Origin: Aulosira sp. ZfuVER01
GTDB lineage: Bacteria; Cyanobacteriota; Cyanobacteriia; Cyanobacteriales; Nostocaceae
Direction of reading: 5' to 3'
NCBI GenBank assembly: GCA_034530615.2
Contig: JAVRCV020000007.1
Coordinates: 1-64,000 of the forward strand
Length of the DNA stretch: 64,000 nt
Shown: one piece after another, positions 20,341 through 30,435 of the stretch
Layout: each line of letters starts with the position of its first letter
How positions within the stretch are numbered: position 1 is the first letter of the stretch
Translations under genes and position numbers: made by a program
The notes under the pieces: generated by a model
What the model was told of the DNA's origin: nothing
What the model saw: the letters and a program-made list of their open reading frames with translations, nothing else
Databases searched by the model: none

Positions 20341-20958
20341 CTAATTTTGGCTATCAGAAGCAACGCGATCGCAATAAAAGCTCAAAGGATTTTTCGCAGA
20401 GGGATGACCCGCCTGCGCGAACACACGCCCCAGATTATCCTTAACTTTCGCGAGAATCGTACCTTGACCGCTAATTTGCACGAGATAATCCCCTCCATTC
20501 ACACCCTGGTTTAGTCCAGGGTGTGGCGTTTTCTGCTTTGTCGCCTTAAAGCTGAGTTTGCCTGTTAAAGGAGCATATTCGTTAGGTTCAGCAGTAAACG
20601 ATTCAAATAACTGTATCAGGGAATTAGTTAGCACTGTACCTGAACCCGCCTCAAGCTGAAGTATGCGGGAAGTAGACTCGTGTTCCCAACGACTGAACTT
20701 CTGCGACTGTATAAAATCTAGTGCAAAAGAAGTCTGTTGTTGATTGTTCTGACCTGGAGTGTTGATTTGTAAAAGTTCAATGTTAGACCACTTGGTGACT
20801 GCACATTCCAATACTGGCGTTACTTGTTGAGTTACCCCAAATTTTGGCAATGGCAAAGCAGTTACTCGTGAAACTGCGCTGCAAATACAGCTAACCGCCA
20901 CACTACCAATAACTATGATGCTCAAACGCAGTAATTGAGGACGGGCAGATAAGTTCAT
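20341..20958 (-). CDS. Hypothetical exported protein
   Basis: 205-aa ORF with hydrophobic N-terminal signal; no motif recognised. Confidence 0.6.
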   Translation of the reverse strand: MNLSARPQLLRLSIIVIGSVAVSCICSAVSRVTALPLPKFGVTQQVTPVLECAVTKWSNIELLQINTPGQNNQQQTSFALDFIQSQKFSRWEHESTSRILQLEAGSGTVLTNSLIQLFESFTAEPNEYAPLTGKLSFKATKQKTPHPGLNQGVNGGDYLVQISGQGTILAKVKDNLGRVFAQAGHPSAKNPLSFYCDRVASDSQN

Positions 20959-21285
20959 AGTCAGAAACTTGGCTAATTCCTATAGGATAAAAATTTCAGC
21001 AAAATGAACTATACCGCTCGTTTAGTGCGTGGTCAACAGTCAGAAGCTATTTATAAAGTAAATCTAAAGGCGATGATGAGGGCAATCTCACAAGAGCTAA
21101 GATACACCATATACAGTATATATACATAGTCGCTCATAGCATGAAAGTCTTATCCCACAAACTTAGCTTTGGCATAAATTTTGCTCAATACCTTAATAGC
21201 AAAAATTAGTTCAAATTTCTCAAGCCCTATATCTCCCCTCTGAAGTGTCAAAGTTAAGTAAACTACTTCTAAACCTAGACAACTT

Positions 21286-22623
21286 TTATTTTTTCACTAA
21301 AATGTATGCTGTTGTATATTCAGGTAATGTGCTGACATACCGCCCAAAATCATTGTAATTCTGAAAAATACCTGCTAAAAAGTCGAGTTGATGAAGGTTT
21401 GGTAAAAAGGCTCCGCCAGTATCGGCAATCACTCCCATTTGTAGCTGTTTTCGCCCACCTCTATTATGCTCAAGCACAATTACTTTACCTAAACCAATAT
21501 TGAGGACATCACCAGCAAAAGTTACTCCTGGTTTGATAGATATTTTGGCATCTATCTTGTATCCATAGCCTTTAATAGCATCAACTTTTCTAAAATACCA
21601 GTAACGCTTTTGCGCTGTTGCTTTTAATCCCCTAACATAAGGGATTTCATTACTTCTATCAACATTAAAATATCCCTGCGTTCCATCTGTAAATTTAATT
21701 AATATTGTGCCCTCCATCAGTGCTTCTTCAAAACCATTGCGAGTTAAATATGCAAGGGGTTCAACTTTGCCGAATTCTTTACCGCCAGGCTCATAAATAC
21801 CTGATAGCACATCTTGTTTTGTATACCTTGTATAAAATTTATCAGTACCAATATTATCTTTTAAACTATAAACTGGGATGTTGTAAGTAGATGTCTTTTT
21901 CTGAGAACCTGGATGAACAAATACAGCATATTTGGTGAGTCTTAGCTGTTTTTGATTTTTGCTTTTAGGGTTATAAGCAGTCCATTTTATAACTCGAAAA
22001 TTGTTATTGATGAAATTAGGATCTTGTAAACGAGTAGTTCTATTATTGGCAATATCTGCCTTGAGAACTGCAATCATGAAATCTAAAGTTTTGAGAACAT
22101 CTTCTACAGTAACTCCTTGAGTATCAAGCAGCCCTTTACGTAAAATATCAGGGTCTTGGGCTGCATAATCTTGGTAATATTTTCTGGTATTTGAGAGAAC
22201 AGTTAGTAAATCTGTTGCTTTGAAATTCATCTTTGCCGTTGGTAGTTTTCCATCTGCAAAAACCTGATTACCATTAACACTAAATTTATATTTTTTTAAC
22301 TCATCAATAACTGCATAAGGTGTAGATGCTGATATCAAATTCTGCCCAGATGCAGGAATATTTTCCTGGCTTTGATTCTCACTCAAAAGATTTAGCAAAC
22401 TTGTGGCGACTATCTGAGCAGACTGAATGAAGGGTAAGGTAATACCTGCTTGAGTTAATGGCTGTTCCTGCTCAGTAAAAGAGACATTTTGTGCTGTTTG
22501 ATTTTGTTGAGATAGCTGTTTAGTTTTTGACTGAGTATATATATGGTTACTACTTAAACCAAAAAGTAATAAAGTAGCAAAACCTACTGTAGAGCGTAAT
22601 TTTTTACTGGATAGTATACTCAT
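21286..22623 (-). CDS. MltA-like / 3D-domain lytic transglycosylase-like exported protein
   Basis: Signal peptide; LTKY, LMEGT, C-terminal IADTGGAF...QLDFLAG. Confidence 0.65.
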   Translation of the reverse strand: MSILSSKKLRSTVGFATLLLFGLSSNHIYTQSKTKQLSQQNQTAQNVSFTEQEQPLTQAGITLPFIQSAQIVATSLLNLLSENQSQENIPASGQNLISASTPYAVIDELKKYKFSVNGNQVFADGKLPTAKMNFKATDLLTVLSNTRKYYQDYAAQDPDILRKGLLDTQGVTVEDVLKTLDFMIAVLKADIANNRTTRLQDPNFINNNFRVIKWTAYNPKSKNQKQLRLTKYAVFVHPGSQKKTSTYNIPVYSLKDNIGTDKFYTRYTKQDVLSGIYEPGGKEFGKVEPLAYLTRNGFEEALMEGTILIKFTDGTQGYFNVDRSNEIPYVRGLKATAQKRYWYFRKVDAIKGYGYKIDAKISIKPGVTFAGDVLNIGLGKVIVLEHNRGGRKQLQMGVIADTGGAFLPNLHQLDFLAGIFQNYNDFGRYVSTLPEYTTAYILVKK

Positions 22624-22715
22624 GTTCTTAAAAAAATTTCTCTTGGTAGATAATAGTTGTACTTAGCCAATATCTGAACCACTGGCTCTAAAAAAGTTCC
22701 CTGGAGGTGTTATTT

Positions 22716-22920
22716 GGGGACAAAGGGGACAAGGAGGACAAGGTGAGACCAGCGCTGCGGGAGGGTTTCCAACGCCACTTGCTTCAAGTCGGGTAACCCG
22801 CCCAACGCAGTGGCTCCTCCACAGGCGACTGGCGTTAGCGACGAAGGAGCGTCACCCGAAGGGGAGAAAAGGGAGACAGGGGAGAAATAACCAATATGCC
22901 CAATGCCCAATGCCCAATGA
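22716..22920 (+). repeat. Composite repeat (GGGGACAAG nonamers, nested hairpin repeats, CCCAATG heptamers)
   Basis: Visible tandem units; nested hairpin elements at 22746-22835. Confidence 0.8.
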
Positions 22921-23367
22921 CTAGCGTAGCCGTTCTTCTTGGATAAGAGTACGTTGGTAAATTTGATGATTTTTAAACCAATGCCAAGTCCGGGCACGAT
23001 AGTTATTGTCAGGGCTAATTTGAATCATTTCATACAAAGACATTTCTGGTGCTGTCTTATAAGAAAACGATAATATAACTGTAGAATCGTCTACTTCCCA
23101 AGCTTTTCCGAGAATACGATCGGTATCAAAAAACAAGGTTTTATCTCGATAGATACCAGGAAATTCATACTCTTCTTTTTTCCCATCAGACCATTTGTAG
23201 CGATTAATTTGGTAGTAAGGATGGGGACTATTTTCGGGAAATTGACAGCTTAGGTGAGATTCATATCTATCAAGGATTTTTCCGGCTGTATCTACTACTG
23301 TATACGTACCTACCCACTCTCCTTCATGACGGACAAGCACGGGCATTCCTTCTCGGATTGTAGACAT
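22921..23367 (-). CDS. Small beta-barrel-like protein (DUF3598/calycin-like, tentative)
   Basis: HEGEWVGTY (GxWxG calycin-type start), strand-rich, ends RARTWHWF...TLIQEER; AAGGAG RBS before ATG 23367. Confidence 0.6.
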   Translation of the reverse strand: MSTIREGMPVLVRHEGEWVGTYTVVDTAGKILDRYESHLSCQFPENSPHPYYQINRYKWSDGKKEEYEFPGIYRDKTLFFDTDRILGKAWEVDDSTVILSFSYKTAPEMSLYEMIQISPDNNYRARTWHWFKNHQIYQRTLIQEERLR

Positions 23368-23426
23368 ATCAAACTCCTTTAAATTGGCTACGATCAATCA
23401 ATTATCAGGTTTGAATTTCTTCTTAC

Positions 23427-24842
23427 TTAATTATCAAACCACCAAGGATCGTTTGCAGAATTGGTTTTGATCAAAAAAGCTTTTTTCCGCATGAACCGTT
23501 TCAACGCTGCTGCACCCATACGCGATCCGCCCAGACCAGAGAATTTGAAGGAATTTTTTTCTCCTTCGTGCATGATAGCGGTAAGTGCAGCATCGTTAAT
23601 ACTAATTGCTCCTGCTTCTATTTGCTGGGCAACTTCTAATGCTAATTCTTCAGATCCAGCAAACACAGCTGCACTCAGTCCATAAATTGAGTCATTGGCT
23701 AATTGAATTGCTTCCTCAATTTTAGAAAATGGCATGATTGGCATAATCGGGCCAAAAGTTTCTTCAGTCATTACTTTCATAGAATGGTTGACCTGAGTCA
23801 AAACTGTGGGACGACACCACCAACCACCTCCTAATTCTTCAACTTTTCCTCCACAGTGCATTACTGCTCCCTTATCTAATGCATCTAGAAGCTGGTCGCT
23901 AATAATTGCGGCTTGTTTTTCAGAAATTATTGGGCCAAGTTCTCCAGTTTCTAATGTAGGGTGAGCTAATTTTAGTTTTTGGGCTTTAGTTACTAACTGG
24001 GCAACAAATTTCTCAAATATAGATTCAGCAACATAAATTCGCTCAATGGAAAGACATGATTGTCCGGTGTTGACAACTGCACCCCATAAAATAGCTGAGG
24101 TTGCTAAGTCTAAATTAGCTGATTCTAAAACGATCGCTGGGTCTTTGCCCCCTAGTTCTAAAAATACTGGAATAAACTTTTTCGCTGCTAGTTCGCCAAC
24201 TTTTCGCCCTGTGGCTACGCTACCCGTAAAACAAACTAAATCTACATATTCAATGAGAGCAGCACCTGTTTCACCTGCTCCTTCAATAAAAGTAAATACA
24301 TCGCGCAATTTGGGCACAGCGTTGAGTGCTGTCATCAGTGGAGCTACAAAGCGGGGAGCAATCTCACTAGGTTTGACAACCACAGCACAGCCCGCTAGCA
24401 ATGCAGGAATAGCATCAATCGTAGACAGCAATAAGGGAAAATTCCACGGACTAATAACCCCAACTAAGGAATAAGGAACGGCGGTTTGTTGTAGGGCGAT
24501 AAATGGAATTGCTGTATTTTTTGCCGACTCATGCAGCAATTCTGGTGCTAATCGACACCAGCGGTCAATTCCAGAGATAAAGGAGTCAATTTCCATTTCC
24601 GAGATGGACAATCTGCCCGTATCATTAACCAAAGCCTCAGTTAAGCGATCGCGTTCTGATAATATCGCTTGCTTCCATTCCTGTAATGCTTCAATTCTCG
24701 CTTCTACACTCAGCTGTTGCCAACGCACTTGCGCCCTCCGCAGCCGATTGCATAGCTGCGCCAGTAGCTTTGGCGGCGGCGGTATAATCACATAGTCAAA
24801 TTTTCCCGTCCGAGGATTACGAACATCTATTGATTTGGTCAT
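23427..24842 (-). CDS. Aldehyde dehydrogenase
   Basis: ISPWNFP, KPSE, FTGS, LELGGKDP, GQSCLS, EETFGP, YGLSAAVF. Confidence 0.95.
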   Translation of the reverse strand: MTKSIDVRNPRTGKFDYVIIPPPPKLLAQLCNRLRRAQVRWQQLSVEARIEALQEWKQAILSERDRLTEALVNDTGRLSISEMEIDSFISGIDRWCRLAPELLHESAKNTAIPFIALQQTAVPYSLVGVISPWNFPLLLSTIDAIPALLAGCAVVVKPSEIAPRFVAPLMTALNAVPKLRDVFTFIEGAGETGAALIEYVDLVCFTGSVATGRKVGELAAKKFIPVFLELGGKDPAIVLESANLDLATSAILWGAVVNTGQSCLSIERIYVAESIFEKFVAQLVTKAQKLKLAHPTLETGELGPIISEKQAAIISDQLLDALDKGAVMHCGGKVEELGGGWWCRPTVLTQVNHSMKVMTEETFGPIMPIMPFSKIEEAIQLANDSIYGLSAAVFAGSEELALEVAQQIEAGAISINDAALTAIMHEGEKNSFKFSGLGGSRMGAAALKRFMRKKAFLIKTNSANDPWWFDN

Positions 24843-24923
24843 TGGTCATTTGTCATTGGTCATTGGTTATTTCTCCCCTGTCTCCCTTGTCTCCCTTGTC
24901 CCCCTTGTCCCCTCATCTCCCCA
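24835..24923. repeat. STRR-type TT(G/T)GTCA heptamers plus CCCTTGTC(C/T) nonamers
   Basis: Tandem units in the nitrilase-ALDH spacer, overlapping the ALDH start codon. Confidence 0.85.
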
Positions 24924-25967
24924 TCAAATCACTCCTAACTTGGCTAGGCGTTCTATAGTGGCTTGTTGTGTTTGCAGAAAGTGTTGGCGGTCTACTTCTG
25001 TTTCCAGCATAGTGTTTGGTGGGTAAAATTGTGACTGGAGGTAACTTTGGGCATATAGCTCGAATCGTTGCCGGGAAAGTAAATTATTTAACCCTGGTCG
25101 GCGGCGATCGCGTCTTAAGGCGGCTAAGTCAATCTCTGCAAAGGCTGCTATACTTTCGCCTGTAGTTGTCTCTGCTAAAACTATTCCCCGATGGTCAATA
25201 ATTTTAGAACCCCCATCAGCAGAAGCGATCGGGATAGGGATATTAGCGATGCCTGCTGTATTTGCAGAAACTACGTATGCAGTATTTTCCACCGCACGGG
25301 TGATTTTGGCTGCATCTTTGGGTGTGAGTGCTTTGCTATAAACTTCCGAGGTGGAGTGGAGAAAAATTTCCGCCCCACGCATTGTTAAACAGCGTGCGAC
25401 TTCCGGATACAATATTTCTTCTGATGCTAAAGCCGCTAAATTGCCGATCGCAGTTTTCGCAACAGGAAAAACTCCTTCTAATCCATAACAGTCAAGATAT
25501 TTATCCCAAACATCATGGGGTGTAGGGGCAAACATCGAATTTAGCCGCCGATACCGCAAGACAACGTTTCCTGATGGGTCGATCGCAAAGCAGGTTTGGA
25601 AGTATAACCCAGGAAAGTTAGGGTCAACTTCGTAGGCGTTCCCAGCTAAAAAGATACGATGTTTTTGCGCGATTTGACCAAGAGCTTCATACTCAGCACC
25701 ATCCATTTCCAAACAAGCTTTTTCAGCCCACACCCCCAGAGATTCACCTAGAGGGAAACCTGTGAGGAAATATTCTGGTAAAACAATTAAACGACAGTCA
25801 AAGCCGATAAAAGCAATACTGGCAGCGATTTGCTGTGCCAAGCGGTTGATAGTATTTTTGATTAAAGAACGAGCTTCAGTGCGATCGCGTGCTTGATTGA
25901 CGGCATGACAGGTAACTTGCAGTGCCAAGGCTCGATAGGAATCTAAATTATCGGTGTGGGCTGTCAT
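24924..25967 (-). CDS. Nitrilase-superfamily carbon-nitrogen hydrolase with atypical triad
   Basis: LIVLPEYFLTG, YFQTCFAIDPSG..VLRYRRL, LASEEILYPEVARCL..RGAE, GGSKIID..G. Confidence 0.88.
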   Translation of the reverse strand: MTAHTDNLDSYRALALQVTCHAVNQARDRTEARSLIKNTINRLAQQIAASIAFIGFDCRLIVLPEYFLTGFPLGESLGVWAEKACLEMDGAEYEALGQIAQKHRIFLAGNAYEVDPNFPGLYFQTCFAIDPSGNVVLRYRRLNSMFAPTPHDVWDKYLDCYGLEGVFPVAKTAIGNLAALASEEILYPEVARCLTMRGAEIFLHSTSEVYSKALTPKDAAKITRAVENTAYVVSANTAGIANIPIPIASADGGSKIIDHRGIVLAETTTGESIAAFAEIDLAALRRDRRRPGLNNLLSRQRFELYAQSYLQSQFYPPNTMLETEVDRQHFLQTQQATIERLAKLGVI

Positions 25968-25985
25968 AGATGCTGAGTGGAAATT

Positions 25986-26762
25986 TTAACTGCCACTCTT
26001 TAGAATACGATCGCCACCCCAGAGTGATCGCACTAATTTTGCTGTTAATTCTGCTCCTAACAATCGCACAGCCATTTGGTTATCTGGGTCGCCTTCGGCA
26101 CTTGTACGGCGCAGCCATAAATCACGCTTTGCTAAAGCTATCCGTGCATTTTCAGGGACAGGTTCAGCTTCCTCTACCCAGATTAACCAACGATCTAACA
26201 TTTCATGAGCAATCGTGCGAATCAGTTCGATAGATTCTTCAGTAGCTGAGGCGGTATAGCAAAGTCTGATAGGTGATTGAAACAACCGAATATAAACACT
26301 CTTGCTGGTGAATAATGTCAAACGCGGATCGTCCTGCAATTTGAGGAAAGTCTGATTAACTGGCTCATAGTAACGTTCCAGATATTCCATATTAGTCAAA
26401 AGCTCAGTTCTAGGAATGTAATCGATGTAGAAGAAAAGATTTGGAGTTATGCCAAACTCAAAAGCTAGATGGGGAACTTGGATGTGCGAACCTAACCAAG
26501 TGGTTAAACGCATCACACCAAAGTTCAATTTTCCGGTGTTTCTTAACCGAGAATGAATTAGCCAGTCAATTTCTTCTCCCGAAAAAGCAGTGAAAGAACC
26601 TGTAATATTGCCAGTCGGACTGCTGTATTCCTGTAAATCTTGTGTAGAAGGGTCTGATTTTAAATCAAAACGAGCCTCTATCTTCTGGCGGAGTTCGTTT
26701 GTGATATTCCACAACTGCTCAAATATTTTGGTATTGTCTACATCAGGTTGCTGCTCAATCAT
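25986..26762 (-). CDS. Red chlorophyll catabolite reductase-like ferredoxin-dependent bilin reductase
   Basis: IDWLIHS, VPHLAFEFG, IDYIPRTELL...YLERYYEP, SVYIR..QSP resemble the RCCR/FDBR pattern. Confidence 0.72.
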   Translation of the reverse strand: MIEQQPDVDNTKIFEQLWNITNELRQKIEARFDLKSDPSTQDLQEYSSPTGNITGSFTAFSGEEIDWLIHSRLRNTGKLNFGVMRLTTWLGSHIQVPHLAFEFGITPNLFFYIDYIPRTELLTNMEYLERYYEPVNQTFLKLQDDPRLTLFTSKSVYIRLFQSPIRLCYTASATEESIELIRTIAHEMLDRWLIWVEEAEPVPENARIALAKRDLWLRRTSAEGDPDNQMAVRLLGAELTAKLVRSLWGGDRILKSGS

Positions 26763-27036
26763 GATTAGCCTCTGCTACCTTTCGATACACTTAATTTAAA
26801 CAACCTAGAGCTTACTTATGAAAATTTCTAATCAGTAATTCTTAATTCTTAATTAAAACCAGTAGGGTGCGTTGTCGTATAGCGAATGCACCGTCAACAA
26901 TTCAAAATGTTAGACCCTCAGTAATCACACATCCTACGATTGAATGGCACTGAAATAAAGTGATTTAGATCCCCGACTTTTCAAGAAGTCGGGGATCTGG
27001 GCAACAATTTTTCCTTAAGTAAGTGACATTCAGTAA

Positions 27037-28191
27037 TTACTTAAATTTAGATGCTAACAGTTGAGCAATTTGCTGATTAATACTTGTCAGATTAAATTGC
27101 TGAATAGCCCTTTTTTTGGCATTATTAACCATAGTTGTAATCTTGTGTCTCTCTTGAAGACAAGTATTAATTACTTGTGCTAGTTCTTGAGAATCTCCTG
27201 GTGGAAATAAAAAACCATTAACTCCAGCTTCGATTAATTCCATTGCACCCCCAGCTTTAGTTGCAACCACAGGTGTACCGCATAGCATAGCTTCAACAAT
27301 TACTCTGCCAAAGGGTTCTGCAACAGTGGAGGTATGAGCAACTAAGTCACAAGCTGCCATTAATTGAGGAACATCGGCACGAAAGCCTAAAAATTTAACG
27401 CGGTTTTCTAACCCTAATGTAGCAACTTGTTGGTGTAGTTGTTGCACATAATCTTGTTCGCCAAATAATGCATCGCCAACTAAAATTACTGTTACTTGTT
27501 GCGGACATTGGGCTAGTGCATCAATTAAAATATGCTGTCCTTTCCACGGTGAAAGCCGACTGAAGTGACCAACTACAAATTTGCCAACTAATCCTAATTG
27601 TTGCTGTAGTTGTCTAACATCAGATTCGCTAGTTTGATAAATTTTTGGTTCAAAGCCGTTATAGACAACTGTAGTGAGGTTTGCAAATCCTCCTGCTTGC
27701 ACAAAAGCTGTTTGACTTGCTTGGGAATTGGCAATTACTAACGATGCAAAATGATTAGCTAAGTTAACAGCAATACGTCTATTAGTTTGGCTAAAATGTT
27801 CTTTTGAGAGAATATCATGCAAATGATACACCAGAGGACGACGAGCAAAAAAACTAGCGATCGCGCCTATGACTAATGCTTTTTGGGTGTTAGCATAAAT
27901 TAAATCGTATCTTCTAGCTCTTTTTACTACTTTAATTATGAGTGGAATTATTTGCCTGAGACTTTTTAATGCTTGGAAAAAACCACTAGATTTTTTAACT
28001 TGAATTGATTGATTTGTTAAAACTTCTACGGGAATTTGATTTTGCTGTAGTAAAGTTTTAAATGCTCCATCTGCAAATAAGCCTACAAGAGAGCGATCGC
28101 AGTAAGGTTTAGCAATATCTATCAAACATAATTCTGCTCCCCCTGGCTTACCACTTTGGTCTAAAAAAAGAATTTTCAGCATATTTGTCAT
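27037..28191 (-). CDS. Glycosyltransferase family 4
   Basis: PGGAE, RLSPWKGQ, EPFGRVIVEAM; likely start ATG 28182. Confidence 0.92.
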   Translation of the reverse strand: MTNMLKILFLDQSGKPGGAELCLIDIAKPYCDRSLVGLFADGAFKTLLQQNQIPVEVLTNQSIQVKKSSGFFQALKSLRQIIPLIIKVVKRARRYDLIYANTQKALVIGAIASFFARRPLVYHLHDILSKEHFSQTNRRIAVNLANHFASLVIANSQASQTAFVQAGGFANLTTVVYNGFEPKIYQTSESDVRQLQQQLGLVGKFVVGHFSRLSPWKGQHILIDALAQCPQQVTVILVGDALFGEQDYVQQLHQQVATLGLENRVKFLGFRADVPQLMAACDLVAHTSTVAEPFGRVIVEAMLCGTPVVATKAGGAMELIEAGVNGFLFPPGDSQELAQVINTCLQERHKITTMVNNAKKRAIQQFNLTSINQQIAQLLASKFK

Positions 28192-28319
28192 TTGTCATTT
28201 GTCATTGGTCATTGGGCATTGGGCAATAGTCATTTCTCGCTTGTCCCCCTTGTCCCCCTTGTCCCATTTCTTCCCACACTCCCCACACTCCCCACACTCC
28301 CCACACTCCCTTGTCCCCT
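28185..28319. repeat. STRR heptamers plus CCCCACACT and CCCCTTGTC tandem repeats
   Basis: Tandem units between the two GT4 genes. Confidence 0.85.
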
Positions 28320-29492
28320 CTAGCCCCCATTCCCCAATAAAACCTGCCGCACTTGCTGGGCTATTTTATGCCAGTTAAAGTTTGTGGCGGCGTATTGGTG
28401 ACAGGCTTCGCGGGAAGGAATTAGTATGCTTCCGAGTAAGACTTGTTCTAATTTCTCGGCAATAGCTGAAACTTCTGTAGAATCAGTAATTAAATCTGGA
28501 GATAATGGTTCTAAAATTTCTGGCATTCCCCCAACGGGAGTACATAAAACAGGAGTACCACAAGCAAGAGATTCTAATATTGCTAATCCAAACCCTTCAA
28601 AAGATTGACTGGGCATAATTGTTAAGTCAGCAGCTTGGTAAGCTAAAGGTAGCTGTTCATCAGGGATAAAACCTAAAAATTTAACGTTGTCTTCTAGCCC
28701 CAATTCTTTAGCTTGTTGTTGTAGTAAAGCTTGTATATGACCACGCCCGGCGATCGCCAGCCAAACATCAGGAATTTTTGGTTTAATTATTGCTAGTGCT
28801 TGCAATAATTTATCTAGGCCAACTCGATGCACTAAACGGCGAGATGTAAATAATATCTGGCGGCTATCAGGCCAGCCTAATTTGCTTCTAGCTTCTTGTG
28901 GTGAAAGATTGGCTTGAAATTTATTAATATCCACTCCACCTGGGATAATGTGAATTTTATTCCAAGGAACTTGATATTGTTGATGTAAGATTTTACCAAA
29001 TGCTTTGCTAAGAACAATAAAGCGATCGCAGCGTTTATAAGTGCTTTGTTCTATTAGCCAACGTTTGAGTAAAACACTCAATATCTGACTATTTACTTCC
29101 TCTTGACTCTCAGATGCCCAAGGGCCATGAAAGTTAAATGTAATTGGCACTCCTTTGGGTAAAAGATCCAAAATTGGGAAGCTATATAATGCAAAATGCA
29201 GGTTAATTGCATCTGGCTTACCTACTCTGGTTTTCTTAAAATTATTGCGAATAGACCACAATCTTCGCCAAACTACACTATCTGGTTCGGCTAAATTAGT
29301 TAGCTTGATTGACGGATTTATTGCTGTTTTTGGTAAACCAACTCCACATAATTCAACAAAGTCTTGATTGGCTGCTAATTGATGAGTTAATTCATAAATA
29401 TAGCGTTCTAATCCTCCAGGTGTTTGGGGAAACCAGCCCATTCCCAGGGTGAGGATAGATGCTGAAGCGAAATTGTCTTTGTTACCTTCCAT
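28320..29492 (-). CDS. Glycosyltransferase family 4
   Basis: PGGLERY, FHGPW, RRLVHRVG, EGFGLAILESLACG. Confidence 0.92.
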   Translation of the reverse strand: MEGNKDNFASASILTLGMGWFPQTPGGLERYIYELTHQLAANQDFVELCGVGLPKTAINPSIKLTNLAEPDSVVWRRLWSIRNNFKKTRVGKPDAINLHFALYSFPILDLLPKGVPITFNFHGPWASESQEEVNSQILSVLLKRWLIEQSTYKRCDRFIVLSKAFGKILHQQYQVPWNKIHIIPGGVDINKFQANLSPQEARSKLGWPDSRQILFTSRRLVHRVGLDKLLQALAIIKPKIPDVWLAIAGRGHIQALLQQQAKELGLEDNVKFLGFIPDEQLPLAYQAADLTIMPSQSFEGFGLAILESLACGTPVLCTPVGGMPEILEPLSPDLITDSTEVSAIAEKLEQVLLGSILIPSREACHQYAATNFNWHKIAQQVRQVLLGNGG

Positions 29493-29728
29493 CTATTTTA
29501 CTCCTGTGATTTATTGAACTTGCTTCCGTTAGTTTTCATACCAAGCTCAACTGCTTTTTTGGAATTCAAGCATAAATTAATGTTGCTATTCTTTCTATTC
29601 GACGCTCTACTATATCATCAGTACTTTTAATATAAAAACTCAGGAAATTTTTGCGGCAAAATCCCCAGTGATACCAATTCACAAAAATCCTGATCCAGAT
29701 AGATTTTTCGTAGGGGTTCAGTAATGCT

Positions 29729-29925
29729 CATTGGTGTCAACTTAACGTGAAAGGCTTTGTTGCTCAAGATATTTGATCCCCCTAAATCCCCCTTTTTAAG
29801 GGGGACTTTGATTCTTTTCCCCCCTTAAAAAAGGGGGGTTAGGGGGGATCAAAAGTTTATGGTGCTAAGAGAGATAACCTCAAAGACTTACCCTGTATAC
29901 ATCTAAGCTTAAGTTGACACAGGTG
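29729..29925. mobile_element. 197-bp MITE with 17-bp imperfect TIRs and 9-bp TSD
   Basis: CATTGGTGTCAACTTAA ... TTAAGTTGACACAGGTG flanked by AGTAATGCT at 29720-29728 and 29926-29934. Confidence 0.85.
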
Positions 29926-30343
29926 AGTAATGCTCAACCCCTACCCACGTATTTGTACGTTTATTAAATCGAAATTTTTATATGGATTAAAACTATCAAC
30001 AAAAAATAAGTTTTAGCAGGATTATCTGTTTTAATCTATTTATATTCGACTGTCAAATAGTAAATCTAAACTTGTATTCTTATTGACCATATAGTATGGG
30101 TAAGGATGAAGATTATACTTCCATGTTAATTAAATACTGAATTATTTTCATATCACAATGTCAGTTTATATAGAAATATTCTGTATCTAGTTTTACTATA
30201 TTTGATAATAAAAAAGTAACTATTAATACTTTGATAAAAGATATGCGATCGCCTAGAGAAATAAATTTAAAAATACGTGTGATTTTGATAAAGTTTTAAT
30301 AAATCCTAGCTGTTTAACGTCATGTCTTTGTTATTTATGTATA

Positions 30344-30435
30344 TACAGCAGATGGCAATTGGCTGAAGTACACAACCGAAGTCTAAAAGTTAAGGATAAA
30401 GCCTGTTTTACTTTGGAATTTTGAATTCTGCTGTA
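30344..30435. repeat. Short MITE-like element with TACAGCAG/CTGCTGTA ends
   Basis: Short terminal inverted repeats; internal TTTTGAA-like heptamers. Confidence 0.45.

Noticed and set aside
22710..22997. 95-aa minus-strand ORF
   Set aside because: Translation of tandem and hairpin repeats; overlaps a better gene
28185..28319. Tandem repeats as a possible CRISPR array
   Set aside because: 7-9-nt units without unique spacers; no cas genes in the window
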